Made by a program: the position numbers and the translations under genes | Shown: positions 12,331 to 24,370 of the stretch, piece after piece | Layout: every line of letters begins with the position of its first letter | Numbering within the stretch: position 1 is the stretch's first letter | The notes under the pieces: model-generated | The model's database searches: none | The model's input: only the letters and a program-made list of their open reading frames with translations | What the model was told of the DNA's origin: nothing | Assembly: GCF_006345805.1 (NCBI RefSeq) | Contig: NW_021832296.1 | Span: 1-31,387 of the forward strand | From: Octopus sinensis | Taxonomy: Eukaryota | Direction: 5' to 3' | Length of the DNA stretch: 31,387 bases

Positions 12331-12825
12331 ATTAATATCTCAGATTTCAAATATATATTTTTTTATTATCAATGTCATGTACTTAATATATGTGTGTTAT
12401 GGAACGACGTAGAGCTGCGGGACTTCGTCTAAAGAAGATCCCTTTAAAGACGTGTTGTGTTTAAAAAAACAGTATTTCTCGAAGCGAAGTAAAACGAGAT
12501 CGATCCAGAAGTGAAAGAGCGTGACAGCTGTCGATATTTTACGGTCATTTCTGCTCTTCAATGTCACGCACTCATCCACCATCCAAAAGATCCGCTTCGT
12601 CCAGCTCGAGGTGTGTATACAAATATAGTAAAAGCTATTTTCTGATTTCAAAATGCGTCGCACAAGGAAAATAAGAATTAGAATTTTTGTTTGAAGCTAC
12701 TTAGATAATCTAAACATTATTCATATAATGCTTGGAGATACATGGCATGTCATATAAATCTGCCATTTTAATGTACCTTAAAGCATGAAACTGTTAGCTC
12801 TTTTGTAATTGTGTATATTAAATAA

Positions 12826-13070
<245 letters not shown>

Positions 13071-13769
13071 CTTACACATACAAATACATACAAAAATATT
13101 ATTGACGAATCTTGTGTTTAAATAAAGTGTAAATACGTTTACATATGTAAGCTTAATAAACAACCCTATAGTCTCTAACTAGCACATGCCGGAAGACAAC
13201 TCGACGTGTTATTTGGCCTTTGCCGGCTCACCAGATATGTCTAATTCATTTGTTTCACAGATAGATAGGCGCTTGCAACTGATTATGAAAAGCGATACGA
13301 GTTCATGTATAATGAGCATTCATACAGTATCTCTCTACAAAATTACACAATCCAGCTATTGGTTAACCCGAGAAAATTGTAGAACACACTTGCGCTTGAT
13401 ATTACACGGTGTCATAAAAATGAAAACCGCGTATTTGTGAAGCCATGCTGATAAACTTCACACAACCATACATGCGCTTACGATCTAATCCAAAAAAATA
13501 CATTCAGAAAAACCATATTAGCTGGTAGTAACAAGAATGGAAATCTATACAGTTTGTATGTTGTTTACCCACCACACAAACCTTCGTAGTAGCATCTTAC
13601 TGTAAATTTGGACAATGGCACAATATTTAGATATGAATGGCAGCGTTATGTAAACAATGGCTGAACAGCATTAATCAGTGGCTATTGTACTATCGTGTGT
13701 GTACTGAGACAGTCTATATAGCATGGTCACAATTAGAGGAGGGTGAAACCAATACCGGAACATTAGATA

Positions 13770-15075
13770 CTGCATGTATGTACGTAGCTTGTATATATGT
13801 TTATACACACGCACACATATATATGCATGATATGATATGTATGTATGTATGTATGTATGTATATATTATATATATATTATATATCTATATATATATATAT
13901 AATATATATATATATATATAATATATATATATATATGTATAATATATAATATATATATTATGTATGTGTGTATGTATATATATATATATATATATATGAC
14001 ATACGTATTATTTACATATATATTACACATGTAACATATATAATATATATATATATATATATACATATACACGCACACGTACACAAACACATACATACAT
14101 ACATACATACTATATATATATATATATATATTATATATTATATATATATATATATATAATATATATATAGAAAGAGAGAGAGAGGGGAGAGAGAAAGAGA
14201 GAGAACTATATACAATTTTAAAGCATATATGCCTATATGTATAATATATTAATGATATATTCACATCTTATGTATTATGTCTATATGTGTCTGTGTATAT
14301 ATATATATAGACATACATATATATATATATATACATATATATACATACATAAAATATATATGTATATATATAACTATATATGCATATGTATGCATGTGTG
14401 CGATTTACACACACACACACACACGCACATCAGAAGTATATGTATATGTTCACACACACATACATATACATATAGAAAAAGAGAGAGATAGAAATTGAGA
14501 GAGAAAAAGAGAGAGATACACACACAGACCGAATGTGTGTATGAAAGAACAAAAACAAAGAAAAAGGCAGGAAAACTAGCAAATATTAAAAAACATAAAT
14601 TAAATACATAAAACCACCAGGAAAGCCAGTTATAGGAAAATGGCGGGTCGTGGGGCTGGCGGATGAAATGTGGTGGAGGATGCTGGTGATGGTGACTAGG
14701 GTGGTGGTAGTGATGGTGGTGGTGTTGGTTGTGTTGCGTTCTTTCTTTGTGGTTGTCGATCCTTTCAGATTCTGTGTCTTGTTTAATTAATAATAAAAAA
14801 TGTATGGCAGCATTAGAAACAACTAGAGGCCTTTGTATAGGATGTGTGTGTGTGTATGTGAGAGGAGAAGGGGAAGAGGAGAGGAGGAGCAAGTTTTCGA
14901 GTAAAATGAAAGTGAAAGTAAGGAGAAGAAGGATGTTGGAGTTGGAAGGTGAGTTCGTTGGGCGTTAGACGGTGGTTGGGTAGAGCGAGAACGAAAGACA
15001 AAACGAGAGGGAAACAGAGAGAGAGAGAGAGAGTGAAAGAGATAGAGAGAGAGAGAGAGAGAAAGAAAGAAAGAA

Positions 15076-15134
<59 letters not shown>

Positions 15135-15619
15135 GTAGTGATGTTGGGAATTTTTGAATATTTTTCAATTCGGAAGTAAAGTTAAAGGAAGATGAGACTT
15201 GAAGATAACAAAGAGAGGAAGAAGAAGAACAAAAGAAAACAACAATAACAAAAAAAAACTAAAACAAAACAAATAAGAGACTGAGAAAAGATGAGAAAAA
15301 AACAATTTGAAATAAATAATAAAGTACAAGAAGGCAAGCACAGAAATAAAATGTCTTCTTGTCTTCTTTTTGATAGGGATGAAATTATACATAAAAGTTG
15401 CAGTCGCACACTCACACACACACGCACACACACATATTCACACACAAGCACACACACATATGCATGTATATATATATATATTATACGATATATTATATAT
15501 ATGCATCTTGCCTATCGATTTATATCTTAATAAAGATACATATGTATATGCATAATATATATATACATACATATTTATATATCTATATATATACGTATGC
15601 CATACGTATGTATGCTCGC

Positions 15620-15704
<85 letters not shown>

Positions 15705-15747
15705 GTATATATATGTATGTAATATATACATATATATATATATCTAC

Positions 15748-15819
<72 letters not shown>

Positions 15820-15928
15820 TCTATATACAATTTTATAAGCATATAAGCCTATATGTATAATATATTAATGATGTATTCACATCTTATGTATTATATCTAT
15901 ATGCGTCTGTGTATATATATATATATAG

Positions 15929-15967
<39 letters not shown>

Positions 15968-16000
15968 ATGTGCAGTGGTGGAGTAAAAGAGGGAAGGAGT
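13770..16000. repeat. Mosaic of (TA)n, (CA)n and (GA)n microsatellites with short complex spacers
   Basis: Read directly from sequence. Confidence 0.85.
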
Positions 16001-16097
16001 GTTGTTGGAGACAAACCCACTTCCGTTTTGCTGTTTCGTTCACAATATGGCATCATCGCAGAGCACTAAAATAACAACAACAACAACAACGACAACG

Positions 16098-16132
<35 letters not shown>

Positions 16133-16537
16133 AATAACGAAGCAGCTGAAGGATTTAAGAAGGAACACCATGGGTTTTTGAAACGTATCAACAAAACAAA
16201 GAACATGAAACGACAACAAGAACAGCAACAACAGTTGAAATTGTAAACCAAACATAAATATAAGAAAAAGACCCGCAGTTTTTCAATGTCTAAAAGCAGA
16301 GGTTTCTTTAATATATTTCCCTCTTGTTTCTAGGTAGGGTTTTTTTCCCTTTTTTTTTTGTTTTTTGTTTTTTTTTTTTGTTTTGTTTTTTTTTTTCATC
16401 GACCTTCTGGTTCTTCCTCATTCTCTTTCTCTTCCTTTTATGTACCTTCGATTTTGCTTTCATCTATGTTTTACTTTTCTTTTTAAGTCCGTTCCGCTGC
16501 TTTCTCTCTTTCATTTCTTTCTACACTAATAATAGTA

Positions 16538-16575
<38 letters not shown>

Positions 16576-16661
16576 AAAAAAGATAATAATATAATAAACA
16601 ACAACAACAACAACACCACAACAACAACAACAACAACCACAATATAATAATAATAATAATA

Positions 16662-16698
<37 letters not shown>

Positions 16699-17251
16699 GC
16701 CCTGATGCAGTACCAGGCAGTGGCTCTCATGGCTTCTGATCTAACTGATTGGAAGTGTTATCATGTACATTGTTCTGTCTTGGTATAAAGATGGGCTTCA
16801 GCAATTATTCTGCTCAATACCACAGATTTGCTTGTCATTTGCTTGACCGTAACCAGCTGAGCATGTCCCTTAGTAACTGACGATAGGTGCATCTCTGATT
16901 ACGAGTAAAATATAGTGGGTGAGAATCATAGCCATGTGTCTAGAGGGATTCTTTGAGATGTGAATAATTCATCCCTGGAAACATGGGTGCCTTATTCCAC
17001 ATCCTTAAACAACCCTTATTCAGGGACCTTTTGAGCGGGTTGGGCTACTCAACCTGAAGAAAATTCTAACTGGGCCCCACCTGCAAGGTCATGTGCTGTT
17101 TATCTTGATATGAGATCACCATGTCGCGCACATATGGTTGTGATGCATGTGCCTGGTGTACCTTTATCAGACGGGTAGTCATGATGGGTATATTGGGCTT
17201 CGTATATTTTACCCCAGTGTCACTTTGATGGCATGCACTGCTCTCTCACTC
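16699..17251. mobile_element. ~550-bp complex-sequence block flanked by (TAA)n, probable repeat
   Basis: Sharp boundaries with (TAA)n on both sides. No ORF with recognisable homology. Confidence 0.45.
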
Positions 17252-18166
17252 AATAATAATAATAATAATAACAATAATAATAATGATGATAATAATAATA
17301 ATATTAATAATAATAATAAAAATAATAATCAAATACTAATGATGCTGATGAGGATGATAATAATGGCAATAACAGCAATAACAATAATATTAATAATGTA
17401 ATAGTAATAATAACGTGATGATGATGATGATGATGATGATGATGGTTATGATGATGATGAAGGTGGTGGTGGTGATGATGGTGGTGGTGATGGTGATGAT
17501 GATGAGGATGTTGATGATGATGATGATGATGATGATGTTGATGATGGTCATCATGATGATTATGCTGCTGCTGCTGATGATGATGATGATGATAACAATA
17601 TGAATTGTTTAAAGGCGAGCAATACTAGCTTGAGAGCTTAGTCAACCACAGAGACCTCAGTATTTTACTGGTACCTTATTTCATCCACCGCAGCGGGATT
17701 CGAGTTCAGAACAAACACAAAGAGCCGGAAGAAATGCCACTGAGTGCGTTGTTCGACGCGCTAACAATTTTTGTCCGCTCGCTACATTAACAACAATAAC
17801 AACATCAGCAACAACAGCCAAAAACAATAACGACTATATAGGCGTAGGCGTGGGTGTGTGGTAAGTAGCTTGGTTACGAACCACATGATTCTGGGTTCAG
17901 TCCACTGCATGGCACCCTGGGCAAGTGTCTTCTACTATAACCTCGGTCCGACCAAAGCCTTGTGTGTAGATTTGGTTGACGGAAACTGAAAGAAGACCGA
18001 CGTATATATGTGTGTATATATATATATATATAATATATATACATATATTAACAATTAAGGAACGGCCATAATAGGCCATTCACCCTAGAAATAACAGCCA
18101 AAGCTTCTACCGCAAATAAAGATAATTCCGTAAACAGGAGAAAATAAAAAAAACATTTACCCTGTA

Positions 18167-18272
18167 ATTTCTTGTACGGTATACCGTTTTCACCGCTGTT
18201 TAATGGTAACTAACCTGATTAAATTAAATCAAGCCAATCCTCCATAAGCCCTCGGATTCTTCAGCAAGAAAT
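18167..18272 (-). ncRNA. Type I hammerhead ribozyme, family 1 inverted copy (slightly altered)
   Basis: Reverse complement of the family 1 HHR, but it reads CGGTGAAAAC instead of CGGATGAAAC at the stem II/GAAA junction. This is either a mutation or a sequencing error. Confidence 0.7.
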
Positions 18273-18625
18273 AGCTCAAGTCGGGACAGATATATACACG
18301 AGGCATACCCAATCTTGCCAAGTCAATATCTGACCTAAAATTTTCAAATTTTCAAATTGTTAATGTTGAACTTAAAAATGGTCTATGACTATTTAATTTT
18401 TTCCCACTGGGCCGCTGGTGGCAATAAAATTCTACAAAATTTTCCTTGCCACCCTATATTGATTAATTATGAATTTTTTGGTTAATTCCGTAATGGAATC
18501 GACGGCTGATATCTATTTGCTGCCGATAAATTTGGCGCGAGTGCGACGATTTGAAAATTTTAGGTCAGATATTGACTTGGCAAGATTGGGTATGCCTCGT
18601 GTATATATCTGTCCCGACTTGAGCT

Positions 18626-18732
18626 ATTTCTTGCTGAAGAATCCGAGGGCTTATGGAGGATTGGCTTGATTTAATTTAATCAGGTTAGTTTACCATTAAA
18701 CAGCGGATGAAACGGTATACCGTACAAGAAAT
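18626..18732 (+). ncRNA. Type I hammerhead ribozyme, family 1 copy 1
   Basis: Stem I ATTTCTTG(18626-33)/CAAGAAAT(18725-32); core CTGAAGA(18634-40); stem II ATCCG...CGGAT with a long internal hairpin (GGCTTGATT/AATCAGGTT, wobble-paired); GAAAC(18709-13); palindromic stem III ACGGTATACCGT; GTA triplet, predicted cleavage after 18724. Confidence 0.92.
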
Positions 18733-19118
18733 TACAGGGTAAATGTTTTTTTTTAATTTTCTCCTGTTTACGGAATTAATCTTTATTTGCGGTAGAAGCT
18801 TTGGCTGTTATTTCTAGTGGGTGAATGGCCTATTATGGCCGTTCCTTAATTGTTAATGTTGAACTTAAAAATGGTCTATGACTATTTAATTTTTTCCCAC
18901 TGGGCCGCTGGTGGCAATAAAATTCTACAAAATTTTCCTTGCCACCCTATATTGATTAATTATGAATTTTTTGGTTAATTCCGTAATGGAATCGACGGCT
19001 GATATCTATTTGCTGCCGATAAATTTGGCGCGAGTGCGACGATTTGAAAATTTTAGGTCAGATATTGACTTGGCAAGATTGGGTATGCCTCGTGTATATA
19101 TCTGTCCCGACTTGAGCT

Positions 19119-19226
19119 ATTTCTTGCTGAAGAATCCGAGGGCTTATGGAGGATTGGCTTGATTTAATTTAATCAGGTTAGTTTACCATTAAACAGCGGA
19201 TGAAACGGTATAACCGTACAAGAAAT
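19119..19226 (+). ncRNA. Type I hammerhead ribozyme, family 1 copy 2
   Basis: Same as copy 1 except one extra A in the stem III loop (GGTATAACC). Predicted cleavage after 19218. Confidence 0.88.
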
Positions 19227-19607
19227 TACAGGGTAAATGTTTTTTAATTTTCTCCTGTTTACGGAATTAATCTTTATTTGCGGTAGAAGCTTTGGCTGTT
19301 ATTTCTAGTGGTGAATGGCCTATTATGGCCGTTCCTTAATTGTTAATGTTGAACTTAAAAATGGTCTATGACTATTTAATTTTTTCCCACTGGGCCGCTG
19401 GTGGCAATAAAATTCTACAAATTTTCCTTGCCACCCTATATTGATTAATTATGAATTTTTTGGTTAATTCCGTAATGGAATCGACGGCTGATATCTATTT
19501 GCTGCCGATAAATTTGGCGCGAGTGCGACGATTTGAAAATTTTAGGTCAGATATTGACTTGGCAAGATTGGGTATGCCTCGTGTATATATCTGTCCCGAC
19601 TTGAGCT

Positions 19608-19714
19608 ATTTCTTGCTGAAGAATCCGAGGGCTTATGGAGGATTGGCTTGATTTAATTTAATCAGGTTAGTTTACCATTAAACAGCGGATGAAACGGTAT
19701 ACCGTACAAGAAAT
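19608..19714 (+). ncRNA. Type I hammerhead ribozyme, family 1 copy 3
   Basis: Same core and stems as copy 1. Predicted cleavage after 19706. Confidence 0.92.
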
Positions 19715-20299
19715 TACAGGGTAAATGTTTTTTTTTAATTTTCTCCTGTTTACGGAATTAATCTTTATTTGCGGTAGAAGCTTTGGCTGTTATTTCTAGT
19801 GGGTGAATGGCCTATTATGGCCGTTCCTTAATTGTTAATGTTGAACTTAAAAATGGTCTATGACTATTTAATTTTTTCCCACTGGGCCGCTGGTGGCAAT
19901 AAAATTCTACAAAATTTTCCTTGCCACCCTATATTGATTAATTATATATACATATATATATATATATGTATGTATGTATGTATGTTTTTGTCCTCCCAAC
20001 ATAACTTGACAACCGATGCTGGTGTGTTTACGTCCCCGTAACTTAGCGGTTCCCCAAGAGACCGATTGAATAAGTACTAGGCTTACAAAGAATAAATCCT
20101 GGATGTCGATTTGCTCGACTAAAGGCGGTGCTCCAGCATGGCCAGAGTCAAGTGACTGAAACAAGTAAAAGAGTCAAAGAGTATATGAATGTTTTCTTTA
20201 TTAGCCAGTAAATGGTTCGCAAAAATGTTGGAAACGGCACAGGACAATACAAAAAGCGTGTGAAGATGAACAAAGCAAAATAAATTCTAATAATGACTA

Positions 20300-20918
20300 A
20301 TCCCTCAAAAGGAGAAAATTTTCTTGGGCTGCTCGTGGAAATTCAACAAAACCACGGTCACTCTAAGCACAAGGGCAAGTACCCCCTCTCGTCTTCCTTC
20401 AATCTACTGATGCAGACTAAGAATGGTTCATTCGGACCATTTTTGCCACATTTACCCACGTTCCACAAAATTGCTGGAAGTCTGCATTTCTCTCTCTACT
20501 CTCACTTTCTTCCCAAATGAAACTTGAAGAGTTGCTGAAGGCTGGTCGCTAGAAATTTGGTCCACCACATAACCTCTTTTGCTAAGGCTATTAGACAGAC
20601 AATGGAAGGCGGTGGGACGATCTCCACAATTGACTCAGCAGAGTTAGATCCGTCCTACATGCAACAGAAGGTGTTCGACATAAACGCACAAGTCAGCAAT
20701 GCTCGGGCACTGGGCGTGACCTGGCAGAAAAGTTTCGTCGCTCTGTGAGCATCTCAGGCAGAGCTGACTGACTAGGGTATAACTCGAAACGGCAATGTCC
20801 TTCGGGAGGACTGCCAGGCCAAAGATTTTCTCAATAGAGGCTCTAGAGTCAGAACATATAGAAGACACAAGAGGGGACAACCTTGATGGATCGAGCGCGT
20901 AATATTATATGGTTTCCA
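20300..20918 (-). pseudogene. Decayed Tx1/L1-like LINE fragment with large internal deletion
   Basis: Minus strand gives YNITRSIHQGCPLLCLLYVLTLEPLLRK (RT QGCPLS motif) fused directly to SLAWQ, CLRCSQSDET, QCPSIADLCVYVEHLL and LIALAKEVMWWT (C-terminal CxxC region). Confidence 0.75.
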
Positions 20919-20919
20919 A

Positions 20920-21520
20920 GGCGGCGAGCTGGCAAAAATGCTTAGCACGCCGGGCGAAATGCTTAGCGGTATTTCGTCTGCGTTACGTTGTGAGTTCAAA
21001 TTCCGCCGAGGTCGACTTTGCCTTTCATCCTTTCGAGGTCGATAAATTAAGTACCAGTTACGCACTGGGGTCGATGTAATCGACTTAATACCTATGTCTG
21101 TCCTTGTTTGTCCGCTCTGTGTTTATCCCCTTGTGGGTAATAAAGAAATAGGTATTTCGTCTGCCGTTACGTTCTGAGTTCAAATTCCACCGAGGTTGAC
21201 TTTACGTTTCATCCTTTCAGGGTCGATTAAATAAGTACCAGTTACGCACTGGGGTCGATATAATCGACTTAATCCGTTTGTCTGTCCTTGTTCGTCCCTT
21301 CTGTGTTTAGCCCCTTGTGAGTAGTAAAGTAATAGGTATTTTGTCGAAATGCATAGCGGTATTTTGTCTATCTTTACGTTCTGAGTTCAAATTCCGCCGA
21401 GGTCGACTTTGCCTTTCATATTTTCGGGGTCGACGAATTAAGTACCAATTGCATATTGGGGTCGATCTAATCGACTGGCCCCCTCCCCCAAAATTTTGAA
21501 CATTGTGCCTAGAGAAGAAA
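20920..21520 (+). mobile_element. SINE family B with ~3 tandem bodies
   Basis: One head, with bodies restarting at about 20969, 21152 and 21336 (period ~183). Confidence 0.8.
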
Positions 21521-21917
21521 AGAATATTAAATGGTTTCCGTAGGCAACTATTTACCAGAACAACCGAGCAGATATCGCTGTACATTGCGGCAAAACACAC
21601 GCACAAGACGTGATCGAAACTAGCCGCTATGAGAACCTATCGATGCATTTTGATTGATCCAAATCGATCAGGACCCCAATCATGTCACGCTCTTTAACTT
21701 ACCTTTCTTTGATGTATCACATGAGACGGTAGTTGTCGGGGTTAGCTATGTTTGGAAAGTTGCTACGTTATGCCTCCTCCATTCGGTCCCACCGAGCAGC
21801 TTTCGCTCCCTCGTGTCTTAGAGAATGTCCTTTAACTCTAACAATTTAATCTTCGTACTTAGCGTTGAAGAACTGAAGGATGTTAGTCGAACGAATCGGC
21901 TGTTGATATAATTCCTT

Positions 21918-22230
21918 TGAAGCCTGGTACTTATTCAGCCGGTCTCTTTTGCCGAACCATTATGTTCCGTGGACGTAAACAAACCAGCACTGTTTGTCAA
22001 GTGATTTTGGGAGACAAACAAAAACAGAAAGAAACAAATACACACATACGTCCATACATATATACATACACAAAGACATGCGCGCACACACACACACACA
22101 CACAACATGATTTAAGTTTCCGTCTATGATATTCATTCACTATGCTTCGGTTGGTTCGAGGCTATAGTGGCAGACACTTGACCAGGGTGCCACGCAGCAG
22201 GTCTGAATCGACCGCATGACTCATAGGACA
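21918..22230 (-). mobile_element. Family A SINE, diverged
   Basis: Reverse-complement similarity to both halves of 11887-12330. Confidence 0.65.
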
Positions 22231-22313
22231 AGCAACAACCTGCTTGCAACTATAACTCCAGGACGACCAAAGCCTTTTAAGATATATATATATATATATA
22301 ATATATATAATAT

Positions 22314-22386
<73 letters not shown>

Positions 22387-22641
22387 CAATAAAGATTCAA
22401 GTTAATTTAAATTAATTTACTTGAATATGGTACCTAACTTAGATGCACCAAAAAAAACTATACTGTTTTAACAATACAGTAATGTATGCTATTAGAACTT
22501 TTTTAAAATTCTGTGATAAGACTGTACATCATCTTTAAAGAACTTTAATGAACTTTGGAAATCTGTTTATGTTACTTAATTATCTACATTACTTCATGAG
22601 TATAGCCTCAACCACTAGGATGTCTAGAGAACTCACATGTA

Positions 22642-22732
22642 TTTTAGCTGATGAGTACGGGACACGTTTATATGCTGTAATTTTTACAACTTTTAATAAA
22701 GCCTGTCCTTGTATGAAACGATTGTACTAAAA
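22642..22732 (+). ncRNA. Type I hammerhead ribozyme, family 3 copy 1
   Basis: Stem I TTTTAG/CTAAAA; core CTGATGA(22648-54); stem II GTACGGGACA...TGTCCTTGTAT; GAAAC(22715-19); stem III ACGATTGT, self-complementary with G-U; GTA triplet, predicted cleavage after 22726. Confidence 0.85.
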
Positions 22733-22826
22733 ACCTATCCATTCTTGTTGCTTCTTTCTCGCGTATATATATATATATATATGTATATATATGTATGTAT
22801 ATATATATATGTATGTATATATATAT

Positions 22827-22862
<36 letters not shown>

Positions 22863-23116
22863 AAGCAATAAAGATTCAAGTTAATTTAAATTAATTTACT
22901 TGAATATGGTACTAACTTAGATGCACAAAAAAAACTATACTGTTAACAATACAGTAATGTATGCTATTAGAACTTTTTTAAAATTCTGTGATAAGACTGT
23001 ACATCATCTTTAAAGAACTTTAATGAACTTTGGAAATCTGTTTATGTTACTTAATTATCTACATTACTTCATGAGTATAGCCTCAACCACTAGGATGTCT
23101 AGAGAACTCACATGTA

Positions 23117-23207
23117 TTTTAGCTGATGAGTACGGGACACGTTTATATGCTGTAATTTTTACAACTTTTAATAAAGCCTGTCCTTGTATGAAACGATTGT
23201 ACTAAAA
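23117..23207 (+). ncRNA. Type I hammerhead ribozyme, family 3 copy 2
   Basis: Identical motif 475 bp downstream. Predicted cleavage after 23201. Confidence 0.85.
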
Positions 23208-23476
23208 ACCTATCCATTCTTGTTGCTTCTTTCTCGCGTAATATATATATATATATTATATATAATATATATATACTGTTGTGACCCCCATCGGTCATGA
23301 ATGACCATGTGTTTGCACCTAGAAAATTACCCTCCGAGGAACAAGTCTGTACAAGGTTATTTATGGAAGACCAGCAGTCGCCCATGCATACCAGCCTCCC
23401 ATCTCCATGCCACCGATGTTATCCAAGGGAAAAGCAAAGAGGCCGATACAGCTTGGCACCAGTGACGTCGCAGCTC

Positions 23477-23771
23477 ATTTATTAACGTGCAAGTGGCCGA
23501 GCACTCCACATGCACGTGTACCCTTAACGTAGTTCTCGAGGAGATTCAGCATGACACAGAGTGTGACAAGACTGGCCCTTTGAAATACAGATACAACAGA
23601 AACAGGAAGAGAGAGCTAGAGAAAGTTGTGGTAAAAGAGTACAGCAGGGTTCACCCCCCCTGCCGGAGCTTTTAGGTGTTTCCGCTCAATAAACACTCAC
23701 AATGCTCGGTCTGGGAATCGAAACCGCGATCCTACGACCGCGAGTCCGCTGCCCTAACCACTGGGCCATTG
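23477..23771 (-). mobile_element. tRNA-derived SINE, family C
   Basis: Reverse-complement match to about 1235-1545. Confidence 0.8.
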
Positions 23772-24322
23772 TATATTAGCGGTTCAACTAAAGAGACCGA
23801 TAGAATAAGTACTAGGCTTACAAAGAATAAGTCGTGGAGCCGATTTGTTCGCCTAAAGGTAGTGCTCCAGCATGGCCGCAGTCAAATGACTGAAACTAAT
23901 AAAAGAATAGAAGAATATATACATACATACATAGTTATATTACTGTATCTATTTACCTATACACACATATACACACATACAGAGACAGAGAGACAAAGAT
24001 AGCGGAAGAAATACATTGACCAATAGATAGAAAGATAGCTATGCATATATAAACTCTTTTACTCTTTTACTTGTTTCAGTCATTTGACTGTGGCCATGCT
24101 AGAACACCGCCTTTAGTCGAGCAAATCGTCCCCTGGACTTATTCTTTGTAAGCCTAGTATTTATTCTATCGGTGACTTTTGCCGAACCGCTAAGTTACGG
24201 GGACGTAAACACACCAACATCGGTTGTCAAGTAATGCTAGGGGGACAAACACAGACACACAAACATGCACACACATATTATAAATTATATGCGTGTGTGT
24301 GTGTGTACACTATCACACACAT

Positions 24323-24363
<41 letters not shown>

Positions 24364-24370
24364 ATATATA

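Larger units (their letters stand above)
18047..19944 (+). mobile_element. Retrozyme / Penelope-pLTR-like array (HHR family 1): ~300-bp inverted copy, 3 tandem ~490-bp units and a ~115-bp tail
   Basis: Near-identical units at 18355-18847, 18848-19337 and 19338-19829, then a partial unit at 19830-19944 ending in (TA)n. 18047-18349 is the reverse complement of about 18549-18857. Each unit contains one type I hammerhead. Confidence 0.85.
17841..20182 (+). mobile_element. Family A SINE split by the 1.9-kb HHR array
   Basis: 5' half at 17841-18003 and 3' half at about 19980-20182, with the array inside the internal microsatellite. Confidence 0.85.
22381..23238 (+). mobile_element. Two ~380-bp HHR-bearing units (family 3) separated and flanked by (TA)n
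   Basis: 22381-22763 and 22860-23238 are near-identical, differing by small indels. The spacer is ~95 bp of (TA)n/(TATG)n. Each unit has one HHR. Confidence 0.8.

Noticed and set aside
16870-17070. CTGACGA and CTGAAGA motifs in the TAA-flanked block
   Set aside because: No correctly placed GAAA, NUH triplet or stem I.
18469-19651. Identical 66-aa ORF (MNFLVNSVMES...) occurring three times
   Set aside because: It repeats only because the unit is tandemly duplicated, has no recognisable domain, and overlaps the ribozyme, which better explains the sequence.
21703-21875. Possible minus-strand exon with a strong donor (AAG/GTAAGT at about 21703) and an upstream acceptor
   Set aside because: All three frames contain stops. 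A non-coding exon cannot be excluded but has no support.
21860-21905. CTGAAGG...GTCGAACGAATCGG resembling a decayed minimal hammerhead
   Set aside because: Core mismatches and no stem I; too degenerate to call.
22548-23205. Duplicated 60-aa ORF (MNFGNLFMLL...)
   Set aside because: By-product of the duplicated family 3 unit, with no homology recognised.
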